Shown here piece by piece: positions 29,381-41,949 of a DNA stretch of 64,000 bases. This DNA comes from Octopus sinensis. Lineage: Eukaryota. The notes beneath the pieces were generated by a model. The model had not been told where the DNA came from, did not search any database, and saw nothing but the letters and a program-made list of their open reading frames with translations. Where the stretch lies: contig NC_042998.1 of the NCBI RefSeq assembly GCF_006345805.1, positions 142,724,001 to 142,788,000 on the forward strand. Direction: 5' to 3'. Positions within the stretch are counted from its first letter, which is position 1. Every line of letters starts with the position of its first letter. A program made the translations under genes and the position numbers.

Positions 29381-29990
29381 TTTTTTTTTATTACTTATAA
29401 AAGGCGTACATTGAAACGGGAACGACAAATACAACACATATAGACAACACATAACGAGACATAACATAGACTCGGGGAACTAAAATTATGAAATAGAAAT
29501 TTAAGAAAAGTAAGCAAAAAATAAAAGAAACGAATGAATTATGAAAAGATGATACAATGAGGCGGAATGCCCACTCGACCCCCGAACTCGAGTGATTACA
29601 TTCACACAGTCTTTCTCTTTTTTTTCCTTATTCTTTTTTGATGACACATTTTTCTCTAGTAAAGTTGACAATTCTCTCTCTCTTTTTAAACGAAATAGTT
29701 CACTATTTTTTTTCCAAAATTGTTCATGATAAATTCATTACCTTGTGTTTCAAATTCACAACTCTTGAAAAATTCTCTCTGTTATTCAACCGTTTGGATA
29801 TGTTTTTGTGAGTGATTTTACTTATTGTTGAACGTATTTGTTGACGCTTTTGTTGGATTTTATATTGCCTTGCGGCAATTGTTAATTTTTGGATTACTGT
29901 TAAAGACTGTTGATTGCTTTTTGAAAGCATTTGTTTTTATTCCCCTATTGGGTGGGTGGGGGGGATAATTATTTTGAAAAATGTGCGGCA
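29381..29990 (-). mobile_element. 5'-truncated L1/Tx1-like 3' end with poly(A)
   Basis: Shares the terminal motif atgtacgccttttata[ag]gtaataaa(A)n with 27789-29364. Upstream sequence translates to a basic, ORF2-C-terminus-like peptide (weak evidence). The 5' limit is approximate. Confidence 0.55.
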
Positions 29991-30109
29991 GCTCAGACAA
30001 TACTATAGACGATATGTCAAGTGTAACAGAAGGCTCACCCATAACACCAACTACACCTCAACCTATGACGCCACAAGATTTTCTAAGTCTCCCGAGTGAG
30101 GCACCACTT

Positions 30110-30235
30110 CGATGCCTTCAGACAGCGTCGTTAGACGTTGATCGGAGGGACCGGTTAAGTTTCTTGGGTCGGGTTTGGTCCAGACCTCCAGGTAGAGAAG
30201 AAGCGGGCTGAGGTGTCGAGCAGGGTGGCACACAA
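30110..30235 (+). mobile_element. Short Tx1 ORF2 fragment (post-YADD GPVKxLG region)
   Basis: Reverse-complement similarity to 8260-8355; reads MPSDSVVRR*SEGPVKFLG. Confidence 0.75.
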
Positions 30236-30390
30236 GGAGACACAAGGAGGTGCATACAAATACAAGCACACGCTCTCACACACACACACATACATAGAAA
30301 ATACACAAACACGGACATGCAAGTACATGAATATGCAGAATATATGTACACACAGATGGATGCACATAGATACATACATACACACACATT

Positions 30391-30422
<32 letters not shown>

Positions 30423-30431
30423 TACATACAT

Positions 30432-30462
<31 letters not shown>

Positions 30463-30741
30463 TACATACATACATACATACATACATACATACGTACATG
30501 CATGCATAGGCACACACACACACACACACACACACTGACCCACAGACATGCTGCACACAAACAAACAAAAAAGGAACGCAGTGTAAATAACGGACAGAGT
30601 CAAGACTATTGAAAAGGTTGCAAGACGTAACAAAAATTTTTGGAAAATAAAAATAAGAAATAAGTGGAAATTTTACCGGTGTTTTAAATTGTAAGGCACA
30701 AAAAGAAAATGACTCTCCCCAGACACAACAGTATATATATG

Positions 30742-30773
<32 letters not shown>

Positions 30774-30854
30774 CCCTTTGTAGAAATACATAAATCCGGA
30801 AGGGAAGTACAGTCTAAGATGTAGAGCAATTAATATTATAATGGGGGAGGCTGG

Positions 30855-31470
30855 TTTATAGTGTTACCCTGTGATTTTCGCTCATAAGGGGTTTAGCCTT
30901 ATGGCGTATCTTCAGACCCCAAACACAGCTGGCCTAAGACCTCCTCAAAATATGGAGTGGGAAATGCCTCGCTATAAAAGTAAACACTAGTTGAATATTT
31001 CCCTTTGCCATTGGCCATCGAGCTTCAGCCGCTCCGCCATCTTGCAGACACCAAATAACCACGAAGGTAAACGAGTGTCTCCTTTCGGCCTTGGCTATTG
31101 GCTTCCGGCTGTAGCATCACCTTGCGGATTCCAAAAGACCAGCAGGAATCTTCTAAAATGCAAGCATGGCCCGAAAATCTCCGCCCTGGAGTTCAGGATG
31201 CTGTTAGGCACGTGCGAGTCTTTTAGGATTCTCTAGCGTTCGGCAATGCATAACTTTCAACATTTCGTCTCGTTGATGTAGAACTCTGGGTTCTTGAGTA
31301 TTTTCCATGCGATCGAGTATGGTATCCCTTCGTCTCTTAGTTGCCAGATATGGCTGACTAGCGATGTCACCTATCTCCTTTCCGGGACTCTGAAGGAGGA
31401 CAAATGATTGGAGAGATGCTGTTTGAGAGAATTCCCAGTGTACCCCACGTATTTCTATGGGCGCGCGATG
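30855..31470 (-). mobile_element. Penelope-like element 3' remnant: GIY-YIG endonuclease (about 31110-31455) plus downstream pLTR-like region
   Basis: One frame reads YVGYTGNSLKQHLSNHLSSFR..SHIWQLRD..IAWKIL..C*KLCIAER*RIL..LNSRAEIFGPCLH, with 3 stops. This matches the PLE GIY-YIG pattern including the Cys/His residues. A degenerate hammerhead motif lies at 30859-30921. Confidence 0.8.
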
Positions 31471-31479
31471 TCGGTGCGC

Positions 31480-31580
31480 TTGTTGTTGTTGTATGTGCTG
31501 CTGCTGTTGCTGTCGTCGTTGTTGCTGCTGGTGCTGGCGTTGATGTCGTTGCTGTTGCTGTTGTCGATGCTGCTGTGTGT
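31480..31580. repeat. (TTG/CTG)n trinucleotide low-complexity tract
   Basis: Direct reading. It is the source of the poly-Q ORF. Confidence 0.85.
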
Positions 31581-32321
31581 GTGTGTGTGTGTGTGCGCGC
31601 GCGCGCGCAGGCGTGTGCGGTATGTGCGTGTGTCTGTATGTACACACATACGCAAACACACATAATGCACACGCACACACACATTCTTTCACCAGCCATA
31701 GGGCTATAAATGAAGATGTACCATTAAAAGCCATCCTAATTTGTATATAATGCTTTAGTCAGCAACATTATAAATTGAATAATATATATTTGTATACAAT
31801 AATACAACACAGTTCTAAAAAGTTTAAGTATGTATAAACTAGATAGCTCTATAGTTATTTGAAAGTATATATATGAGATTCTGGAAAACTGTACGTCATT
31901 TGGTGCAGATGTGTCTCGTCAGGGGACTTTTTAAAAGGTTCCTCGCTCCGGACCTACTGTATTGTTTTAAGTTGAAATTGTACCTAACTGTATGCAGTCC
32001 TATATTTACTTATGGTTATCACAAAATACTTGTTACTGAACGATGAACCGTAAGATGGAATATATGCAAAATCAGACAGCAAAAATTTTATTGACTGTTT
32101 ATTCAATTAATATGTATGTGTATACTGACAATGCTATTATTGCTTGAGCAATATACTATGTTATTGATATTGTATCTCATTGTTGCAAACTCCCACGCAT
32201 TTATGCATATAACTACTCCACACATATCTGTTGGTGCTGGAGCCTGTGTTTGCGTGTCCGTGAGGCCATGTAAGTATGTATACTGTCCGTATATATATAT
32301 GCCTATGTGAATATATAAATA

Positions 32322-32879
32322 TTAGGTTGTCCGGAAAGTTCGTGCCGATTTTTAAAGGAAAGAAAAAGGTCAATAAATACTTGCCATTACATTTTGAATC
32401 AACCAAGTATCAACCATTTTGTTGCACAATGCGTCTTTCCTTTAACCTGAAAATACCCTTTCCAGAATTGAGGCAGTTTCATGGCAAAGAATTCATCAAG
32501 GTATCTTTTTACGTCATCCAAGGAATTGAAATTTTTGCCATTAAGACTATTCTGCAGAGACCTGAATAAGTGGAAATCCGAAGGAGCAATATTTGGTGAA
32601 TATGGTGGGTGGGGTAACACATCCCAGCCGAGCTACAGCAATTTTTGTCTGGTTCCCAAAGCATCAAGTGCCGAAAATGAACTTTCTTATCTTCCATTTT
32701 AAAGGGATACAGAATTAACACAGGTTATAGGAACATAAACCTTCTTCCACGAAAAGATAGCTTAAACTGTGCTCTAAATGGAGGTGTAGTCAAATCCTAT
32801 TTTATGGACTCAACCATGTTCTAAAATAAGTCGAAAGGTAAGCTACTATAAATCGGCACGAACTTTCCGGTCAACCCAA
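32322..32879 (-). mobile_element. Internally deleted mariner (MITE-like) with approximately 30-bp TIRs and TA TSD
   Basis: TIRs ttaggttgtccggaaagttcgtgccgattt and aaatcggcacgaactttccggtcaacccaa. The N-terminus MEDKKVHFRHLMLWE is fused to LPHPPYSPNIAPSDFHLFRSLQN. The empty site is at about 34270. Confidence 0.92.
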
Positions 32880-33062
32880 TATATACATAGATATGTGAAG
32901 CAGATACTCGGGGAAGTTGATGTCCCGTAGTAAATCAACATGGAATGACCGCAACAGCCTGCTGATTATATGGTATATGGGGGAAGGTAGGGTTAGCCGA
33001 ACAGTTGGGAATCTGTGAGCTGGAGGTGAAGGGGAATGTGTTTTTGTATGTTTGTGTGTGTG

Positions 33063-33104
<42 letters not shown>

Positions 33105-33720
33105 TGTGTGTGTGTGTGTTATCTTTATCCCATAGAACTCCATAGTCGAGTCGCCAAATGTCTAATTAACCGCTCAAGTGCATCGTTGTGTTTTGTCTGC
33201 TCGTTTTCTATTTGATTGTCTTATCATTTTATGGCTTTATCTTTATCAAACCAAGAATAGTACCTGTTCATTGTATACTTGTCTAAAAAATTTATTTTTT
33301 TATTATTATATACGTGTTTTATTTATGAGTAACTATAAGTAGGTCCATTATCTCTAAAAAGATTGACTATACTCCAGTCCATGTCATTCCAAACCACGAT
33401 ACCCACTGTGCGCAACCAGCTACAGGCAAATAACGAACTAAACGAAATCGAGAGCGATGTACCTTTTGAAAATCACCTGACAAGACACATCTACAACAAA
33501 TGATGCACTACAACCAGTTGTCCAGAACCTCATCCGAGATGGACCGATGGAAGATGGGTGGAAACGATCGTTGTGATTAATAAAGAATCTTGTGAATTCC
33601 ATTTTATCTTTTTTTCATTTGTTATACATATATTTGTTTGTTATACTATGTTATTGATATTGTATATCATTGTTGCAAACTCACACGCATTTGTGCATAT
33701 AACTACTCCACACATATCTG

Positions 33721-34147
33721 CATGACCGGATTAAGACCCATAGAGGGCCCAAGCACTTAAAAGATTTTGGTGCCTTCATATATATGTAATTCGAAATATA
33801 AGCAATAACAAACCATGAAATAAATTTTTGTTTTTCAAAGTGAAATAAAACTAACAGTAAAATGGAAAATAATGTTTATTTTTGTATACTTCCATTTTAT
33901 TTATATTTGAACAGTTTTTTCCTACTTTTTTTAATTGAAAAGCCTTTGATCAAATCTTCACTATGACACCATGTACACTTCAAAATTATATTTCCAATCA
34001 CATAAACGACTTCGAATGTTATTTTAGCAAGTTTAAAGTGATTTCTTTTGTGTCATAAACCATTTTTGTGGGGACCCCCTCCCCATACCCGCTTCCCTTG
34101 ATGCCCTAAGCACATGCTTATTTTGCTTAATGGTTAATCCAGAGCTG
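33721..34147. mobile_element. hAT-type MITE with 8-bp TSD CATATCTG
   Basis: TSD at 33713-33720 and 34148-34155. Imperfect TIRs catgaccggattaa and ttaatccagagctg. The uninterrupted paralogous site is at about 32221. Confidence 0.88.
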
Positions 34148-34296
34148 CATATCTGTTGGTGCTGGAGCGTGTGTTTGCGTGTCCGTGTAGCCATGTATGT
34201 ATGTATGTATGTATGTATGTATGTATGTATGTATGTATATCCTTATATATCTGCCTACGTGAATATATAAATATATGCATAGATATGTGAAGCAGA

Positions 34297-34489
34297 TGAG
34301 GAGTAGCTGTGTGGTAAGAAGCTTGCTTCCCAACCACATGGTTCCGGGCTCAGTAGGCAAGTGTCTTCTGCTATAGCCTCGGATTTGGTGATTGGATTTG
34401 GTAGACGGAAACTGAAAGAAGCCCGTCGTATATATGTGTGTGTGTGTATGTGTGTGTGTGCGTATGGTGTGTGTGTGTGTGTGTGTGTG

Positions 34490-34520
<31 letters not shown>

Positions 34521-34720
34521 TGTGTATCTGTGGTTGTTCCCCACTATCGCTTGACAACCGATGTTGGTGTGTTTACACCCCGTAACTTAGCTGCTCGGCA
34601 AAAGAGACCGATAGAATAAGTACTAGGCTTACAAATAATAAGTCTTGGGGTCGATTCGTTCAACGAAAAGTGGTGTTCCAGCATGGCCGCTGTCAAATGA
34701 CTGAAAGAAGCTAAAGATTA
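34297..34720 (+). mobile_element. Composite tRNA-derived SINE (head, internal (TA)/(TG)n, 3' module)
   Basis: A-box-like 'tagctgtgtgg' and B-box-like 'gggctcagt'. Same layout as 59230-59680. Confidence 0.8.
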
Positions 34721-35973
34721 AGAGAATACATACATACATACACGAGTAAGCACATAAATGCAAAACAATGTGCATTTGTGTGTGTGCGTGTGTGTACGTA
34801 AATGCATACACACGTGTACCCTTGCACGTCCATTCACATATATAAGACAGATATATAAAAAAATGCAGACGAATTAAATCTGAAAATGACCAAAGACCCA
34901 AAGTGCCCAAAGTCGATAAACAAAAATACATTAAACTCCTAGATACAAATTTCAGCAAATGCGAATCAATTCATATCCTTACGGACAACTGATCAACAGA
35001 GTCGCTATATAAAACGGACACACTTGAAGCTGAATATAACTAAGCAAAAACAAACAAAAACAACAGAAAAGAAAAAGAAGAGAATTAAAAAAGAAAAGAC
35101 ACCTTCCGAAGCCTGGAACTGATTTTCAACGGATGTAGCGAAATTGCATCGGTGATTAAATGACAGAAGTGTAAACATTAAAAAAACAAAAATATTGATT
35201 CTTTAGTATTGTTGTGAAGTAATTAATGAACAATCAGTGATAAATTACATTTATGTGCTGCATATAACAGTCACAAGATCACACTAATTTGAGTATAATT
35301 TTTCATTCTGTTTATTCAACCAGAAGCATATATATACGATAGCTTGTATATTTATTCTAATACGTCCAGGCAGATTCGAATATAAATATGTTAATTACTG
35401 TTGTGTTTCGCCACAAGAGGATACCTTCCATGTTCATAGCAAGCTTGATTCATTAATGCAAAGGAATCGGGAACAGCCAGTGTTTGGCTATCGTTGTGTC
35501 TCATTAGTTGTTTTCCTGTGACGAAACGCAACAGCGATTAGCATATTTACATTGGAATCTGTCGAAATATATAAAGAATAAATGTGCACGTTATTATTTT
35601 GATTCTCGCAGTTCACCATGCATATGGCGATTTATTATAGTATAAACAATGTTACAACCGTCGAATAACTAACAGCATTTGAGAATTAACGAAGAAGAAA
35701 ACATTTGGTCACTGGCATGTGCTGATATATAATACTACAATTATTCATAATTAGAGAGGACAGAGTAAGTTAAAGAAATAAAAATGATTTTTCGCAAGAT
35801 TTATCAACATAACTCCATATAGCGTCTTCAGCCGTTAATATTTGAAAATAGAATAATTGAGAAGCCCTCACACAGAGAAAAACGATGCTTTTTTTTATAT
35901 ATCACCGGTAAAAACACTTCCAGAACATTCTAATTAGGGGGAAGGATCAGATGGCTTTTCCCCTCCTTCTCTT

Positions 35974-36028
<55 letters not shown>

Positions 36029-36849
36029 GATTTGCTCACCTCTTTATAAGCAGTCGGCAAAAATGTTTCAAAACATTCTATAAACCATTTGGCGGGAAAA
36101 ATCTGATAGTTGTATCTATCCCCCTTTTATTTGTTACATTTGCCCGCCTTTTTATATACCACGAGCAAAAAAGTTCCAGAACTTTCTATAAATCATTTTA
36201 CGATCTGAGTGGCTGAGCCACAATTATGTGAGCTTAATGACTTTTATTGCAGTCGTGGTCCGAAGCTAAGAAATATGAATGTGATGGTTCAAAATACTGT
36301 CATCTCGCTTCAACAACACCTAATAGGTTATATTATTGAGGGACATAAAGCAAGCCAAAATAACGTCTTTGTGAGTTTTTAAATTACTAAGAAGATTCTT
36401 ATACAATATATTTGCTTCAGTTTCCACTTAAGTCTCAGATCAAATATAATTCTGATTATGTATGTATGTATGTATGTATGTATGTATGTATGTATGTATG
36501 TATGTATGGATGGATGGATGGATGGATTTGTGTGTGTGTGTGTGTGTGTGTTGTGTGTGTGTGTGTGTACGTGCGTGCGTGCGTGCGTGCGTGCATGTGT
36601 GAATGCATTTAAATAAATCAGCTTCTGAAGGAAGTGATGACGAATTGCGGCATCGTAAACACACGCAAAGTATGCAGTTACATTCTAATTCCTCTTATGC
36701 CTAATTTTTCTGTCGAAACATTGACACTTCGTCGTACATGCATCATGTGACGGGGCATACCAACTTAATTTCTCTTTAATCTTCGCATGTCCTCTGCATT
36801 CAGAACTCACATATCACTGTCATGTAACATTGCTATTCGTACAGAAATA

Positions 36850-36896
36850 TCATACAAGCTGCCTTCCACTCTGAGAGAGAGAGAAAGAGAGAGAGA

Positions 36897-36931
<35 letters not shown>

Positions 36932-38330
36932 TCTGATACTAACAGTGGTAATAACTCTCTGAACTTTCCCCATCCTATATTTACTCTAGCAACTATACTT
37001 TCAGAACATACTCCTTTAATGCTAATTAGGTCACCTAGGTAGCAGAGATTATCTAATAACCACAAGGGAGTTTCTAGAGTATACGAAAAAACCTATTTCC
37101 TGTGTTCTCAGTGTTCATTGGTCCAGCAATAAACACTACTTTCTCCATAAACCTTCCTATGATTCCACTGCACCACTAACTTGGGTGACAGCAATGAATA
37201 GGAGAGCAATGAGAACCATGCCCTGGTAAACTCCCAACAATACTCTAATTTCATTGCTGAACTCATGGCTAACTTTCACCTAACTGACTGCATCCCTGTA
37301 CCTGGCATATACAGTTTTCACAAGCCATTCATTTACCCCTAGCTTCTTCAGAGTTTACCATATCACACAGTGAGGGATTTTATCAAAGGATTTCCCAGTT
37401 CAACAAAAGTCAAATACAATGATTTACTCTTAGCTAAATACTTCTCTTGCATCCAGAATAGCATAGCCAGAATAGCATCTGTAGTACTTCTCCCAAGTAC
37501 AAACCCAAACTGCATCTCATCTAATCTCATTCTGTTCTTAATTAATTGGGCTGTAACTCTCTTTGAAACTTACTTGACCTGGTCCAACAACTTGATACCT
37601 TTGTAATTATTTCTATCCAAGGCATGGCATTTAACCTTGTAAAAGCTGAATATAGAGCTACAAGACTAGTCAATGATATGATGCCTTTCTGTATAACCCG
37701 ATTAACAATAATGTGTGATTATACTATATGAGTGACTTGTCTGTAACCTACTCTGCTAATTATTTTAAGAGTCCCCGTGATTATTCTTGATGGACAAGGA
37801 TCCTTCCCTGGCATCATATCCTTAATTGCCTTATCTATCATATTACAACTTGGATAGCTGGTTCCTTTGTTGGGTCAACGTTGAGGAGACTGTCTCCCAT
37901 GCATTTTCCATTTAATAATCTCTCATAGTAGCACTTCCATGCCTCTTTCTTTTCAGAATCACTAAGTGCATGCATGCCACTATTCATCCATACACAGCAT
38001 TCCCAGATCTTGATTCTCTCTGATACACTGTCCTGCAAACCAGAATACCTCACACCTCTTATTATCATGCTTCCTTTTTGCTAAATAAACCTATTGTCTA
38101 GCTCCCTTCTAAGCTATCTGATATAGCACTTTGTTGTTTCTGTTTTTCCTTTCTTTCCAAGCCCATCACTCCCCATTCATGGCTCTGTCTACCTCACTGT
38201 TCCACTACCATGTCATCCTCAGTCTTTCTGAATCTTTGTCCCAGCCACAGATTTGATTTGTAGCCCTCTATAGGTTGTCTTGTAAAAACTTCCCGGTTTA
38301 CATCTATGCTATACCTCTCTCTCTCTCTCT
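36850..38330 (-). mobile_element. Decayed RTE-clade LINE ORF2 fragment
   Basis: KEAWKCYYERLLN, RNNYKGIKLLDQV, LDEMQFGFVLGRSTTDAI, CYLGDLIS..CSESIVARVNIGWGKFRELLPLL. Confidence 0.8.
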
Positions 38331-38469
38331 CCTCTTCCTTGTCAAATGCTTTAATTAGACCATCTATAAAGCTCTGTTTAATGGATCTTTAAGTGGAACA
38401 CAAATTGCTCCACTAAACTTACTTATGGTTAAGTTCTCTCCAGAATTTCCACAAATTCTCGGGAGAACT

Positions 38470-38645
38470 TGCTGCTGATGCTGGTGTGTTTACATCCCTG
38501 TAACTTAGTGATTCGGCAAAAGAGACTGATAGAATAAGTACTAGGCTTACAAAGAATAAGTCTTGGGGTCGATTTCCTCAACTAAAAGGCAGTGCTCCAG
38601 CATGGCCGCAGTCAAATGACTGAAGCAAGTAAAAGAGTAAAAGAG
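38470..38645 (+). mobile_element. SINE 3' module
   Basis: Matches 5155-5335 and ends in aaagagt repeats. Confidence 0.75.
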
Positions 38646-39114
38646 TAAATCTTAAATCAGTTAAAGTTGAAGCCATTTTGTCGTTTCAATTTGCATTGCA
38701 ACCTTGAAATTCTATACAGGTTAGCCATAAAACCAACTTGGTATAATCGTTTATAACAAGTAACTATTCTTAGAATTTCTAGGAGACAGCTAGCCAGTTT
38801 GTGGTGGGTACAATAAATTGTCTAGCTCCAGTGAATTTAAGTTCACATTACCTTAACCACCTTATCAATTAATACCTTGGTTACCCGTATTGCTAATTTT
38901 CAATAAATGTCTCAATATGGTATGTAATACAATTTTCCATAAAATTATCATTATGCATATTTATTTTATATGAAGCTCACTAAGTATATTAACCCACATT
39001 TAGATATAATATCCCATGTTTAGCAGTGATAACATGGCATATCAGTTGATATGTAATGTGATATTATATGATACTTAATATTTATAATTTATTTTAAATA
39101 AGATACTTTTATGA

Positions 39115-39165
<51 letters not shown>

Positions 39166-39607
39166 GTGTTTATTTAAAATATCATAAACTTAAGATAGTA
39201 GACAGCTAAAGATTGTATTTCAATTTCAAACTCTCCTAAGTAATAATATCTATATTCAGTCAGACTTTGGATAAAATAAATAAGTCTTTTAATGGAACTA
39301 GTTCCATTAATTATATATACTTGTCATACAAACATACAGCTATGTGCCAGTGTCAAAAACCCTCATCATTATTAAATTAATAGTAACGTGAGATATTTAG
39401 TGAAATGTGTAATTTTATCATCTGCTAACAGTATTACTCAAATAAATGTTTAATGAAATACATCATTCACTGCCAAATTTTTCCATAAATCTGTCAGGTT
39501 TTCCATATAAAATATGTTTAAATACAGCATTACTTTATAAGCTACCTCAAAATATAAGTTTGCTTGTTAATACCAAAACTTTTTTGCTAAAATTTATTAC
39601 CAAAAAA

Positions 39608-39860
39608 AGTGGAGGCATGTGGCTTAGTGGTTAGGGGTTAGTGGGGTTAGAGCATTGGACTTATGATTGAAAGATCATGGTTTTGGTTCCTAGGCCAGGC
39701 AGTGCATTCTGTTCTTAAGCAAAACACTTCATTTCATTTTGCTCCAGTGCACTTTGCTGGCAAAAGTGAATAATCTTGTGACAGACTGGCGTCCCATCCA
39801 TGTAGGGAATATATCCACCACAGAAACTGGAAAACTTGCCCTATGAGTCTATATGACTTG
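39608..39860 (+). mobile_element. Old tRNA-derived SINE (a second family)
   Basis: Head 'ggcatgtggcttagtggttag..ggttcct', followed by 'agcaaaacacttcatttc..gactggcgtcccatcc'. Confidence 0.6.
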
Positions 39861-40224
39861 GGAAGTACCTTTATCCTTTTTTTTTAATCAAAAAGACAGT
39901 TCTTTATACATCATTATTTAATACTTAATATATACATAAAAAGATTTTATCACAATATTTAATGGGAAAACTAAATTTTTAATTTGATTCTTTTTTTAGG
40001 ACTCAAGGGTACATGGGCTACTTTTGTTCAAAAAACAAGATTCTTGAAACAGAATTTTTGATTTTAACAAAATTAACATGCTGTGTATTTAAGAAATTCG
40101 GCAATCATGTGATTTTGGGTCCAGTCAAACAGTGCAGTACCTTCGACAAGTCTCTTATATTATAACCCCAGTTCAATCAATGCCTTGTGAGTGTATTTAG
40201 TAGAAAGAAACTTGAGTGAAAGCC

Positions 40225-40266
<42 letters not shown>

Positions 40267-40790
40267 TTAACATCCGCTTTCCATGCTGGCATGGGTTGGA
40301 CAGTTCAACATAGACCCAGCTAGCAGGGAGCTGTCCAGACTCCAATTGTTTGTTGTGGCATGGTTTTTATGGTTGGCTGGCCTTCCTAACACCAACTACT
40401 TAACAGTGGTGCTTTTTACGTGCCACTGGCATGGGTGCATTTACACAGCACCAGCACTGGTGCTTTAATGCAGCACTGGCATGGGCACTTTTTAAGTGGA
40501 ACCACCACCTGAAAAGACAAGCCTGAATGTGTAGAAGACAACAATTTTACTTAGCTTGACACATCTTATCAAGTACAGCAAATCAGCACATTTCCCAGTC
40601 CCTTGTCCTTTCCTCAGTGAGGCCCATTGTCCAAAGATTCTTTTTCACCATTTTGTCCCACATCTTCACGGATCTCCCCCTTCCGCAATTAGAGCTTGAC
40701 ATTTCTTTACACAGCTGTCCTCATCCATATGCATCACATGACCAAACCAATACAGTCTTCTCTCTTGCACACAACATCTCATATATATAT
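40225..40790 (-). mobile_element. RTE LINE 3' end with (ATG)n tail
   Basis: The reverse complement encodes VQEKRLYWFGHVMHMDEDSCVKKC and a GRP..TW-like region. The 3'UTR ends 'aaagcggatgttaaatgatgatg..'. Confidence 0.75.
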
Positions 40791-41949
40791 AAATTTTGCC
40801 TGTGCAATAAATTTTCTGTCATGCACAATATCCCTAGAAAATGGAAGAAATGATGTCCTAGTGACCATGGTTCTTATTTTAGAACCAAACTCTAAACTCT
40901 AGAGCATAAGATATCTGAATAAAATCACCTTAGAAGATTTACTTAATTAAATAAGATGGGAAAAAGTTCATTTATCCGTTGTACACATATGGGTTGAATA
41001 TGAATCAAACTTACACCAAAAAAACATTAGTGAAATGTAGTGTGAAAGGTGAGACAACAGTGGTCCCAATATTCAATAGAGTGCAGATGTAATATTTAAA
41101 AGGCCCTCCAGTCTTTACATAAAGACACATTTGTTGGCACAATATTAATAATTATCCTTGTGGTCCTCAAAAATGACAATATAATGATTCTGTTTGAGGA
41201 GATCAGTTTAACCTTTCTGATGAAATACACTGACTTTGTTCCAATTAGTTTTGAAAATAATGAAGAATTTAGTAAAATAACATTGTCGTTATCAAGGTGT
41301 TTAGAATATAAACTAACAAGGAATTTTGATGTAAAGCTTTCATTTAGGCTCCTTTTGTTGGTTGGTATCAAAAGGGTTAAAGTATTGAGAGGTGCATTCT
41401 TAATGAGAACAGTTAAAACCAGTTCCATCTCCTGGTTAAAGCCAATTGTCTTTATTTATACAGCTGAAACCTGTTGGGAAAGGCATGAACATTACACAAT
41501 TTCATTCCTTTCTCATATAGATTTATGGCTAACACTCTAAGTTACATATCAATATAATATGTAAATCTGGAATCTAAATTAATATATCACATATAACTTA
41601 ATATTGTAATATATGATGTTTAGTGTGTATATGTGTATATATATGTATATTGTGCATATGTGTGCGTGTGTGTATGTGTGTATATGTACATATATGTATG
41701 CTTATGTATATATGTGTGTGTATACATATATATGTATCATTCTTATTTAATATCTGTCTTCCATGCTGGTATAAGTTGGATGGTTTGATAGGATTTCACA
41801 AACCGGATGGCTGCACTGAGTTCCAATGTCTGCTTCGACACAGTTTCTATGGATAGATACTCATCTTAAAGCCAGTCACTTTATAGAGATTACTGAGAGC
41901 TTTTTTTTCATGACACAAGACAAAGAAAAAGCCCCCTCAACTGAGTAGA

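Larger units (their letters stand above)
32150..34296 (+). repeat. Local direct duplication: copy 1 about 32150-32905, copy 2 about 33640-34296
   Basis: 'tatactatgttattgatattgtat.tcattgttgcaaactc.cacgcattt.tgcatataactactccacacatatctg...catagatatgtgaagcagat' is present twice, each copy interrupted by a different MITE. Confidence 0.9.

Noticed and set aside
31204-31734. 176-aa poly-Q ORF
   Set aside because: It is a microsatellite read into the off-frame of the Penelope GIY-YIG remnant. The meaningful frame is a different one and contains stops.
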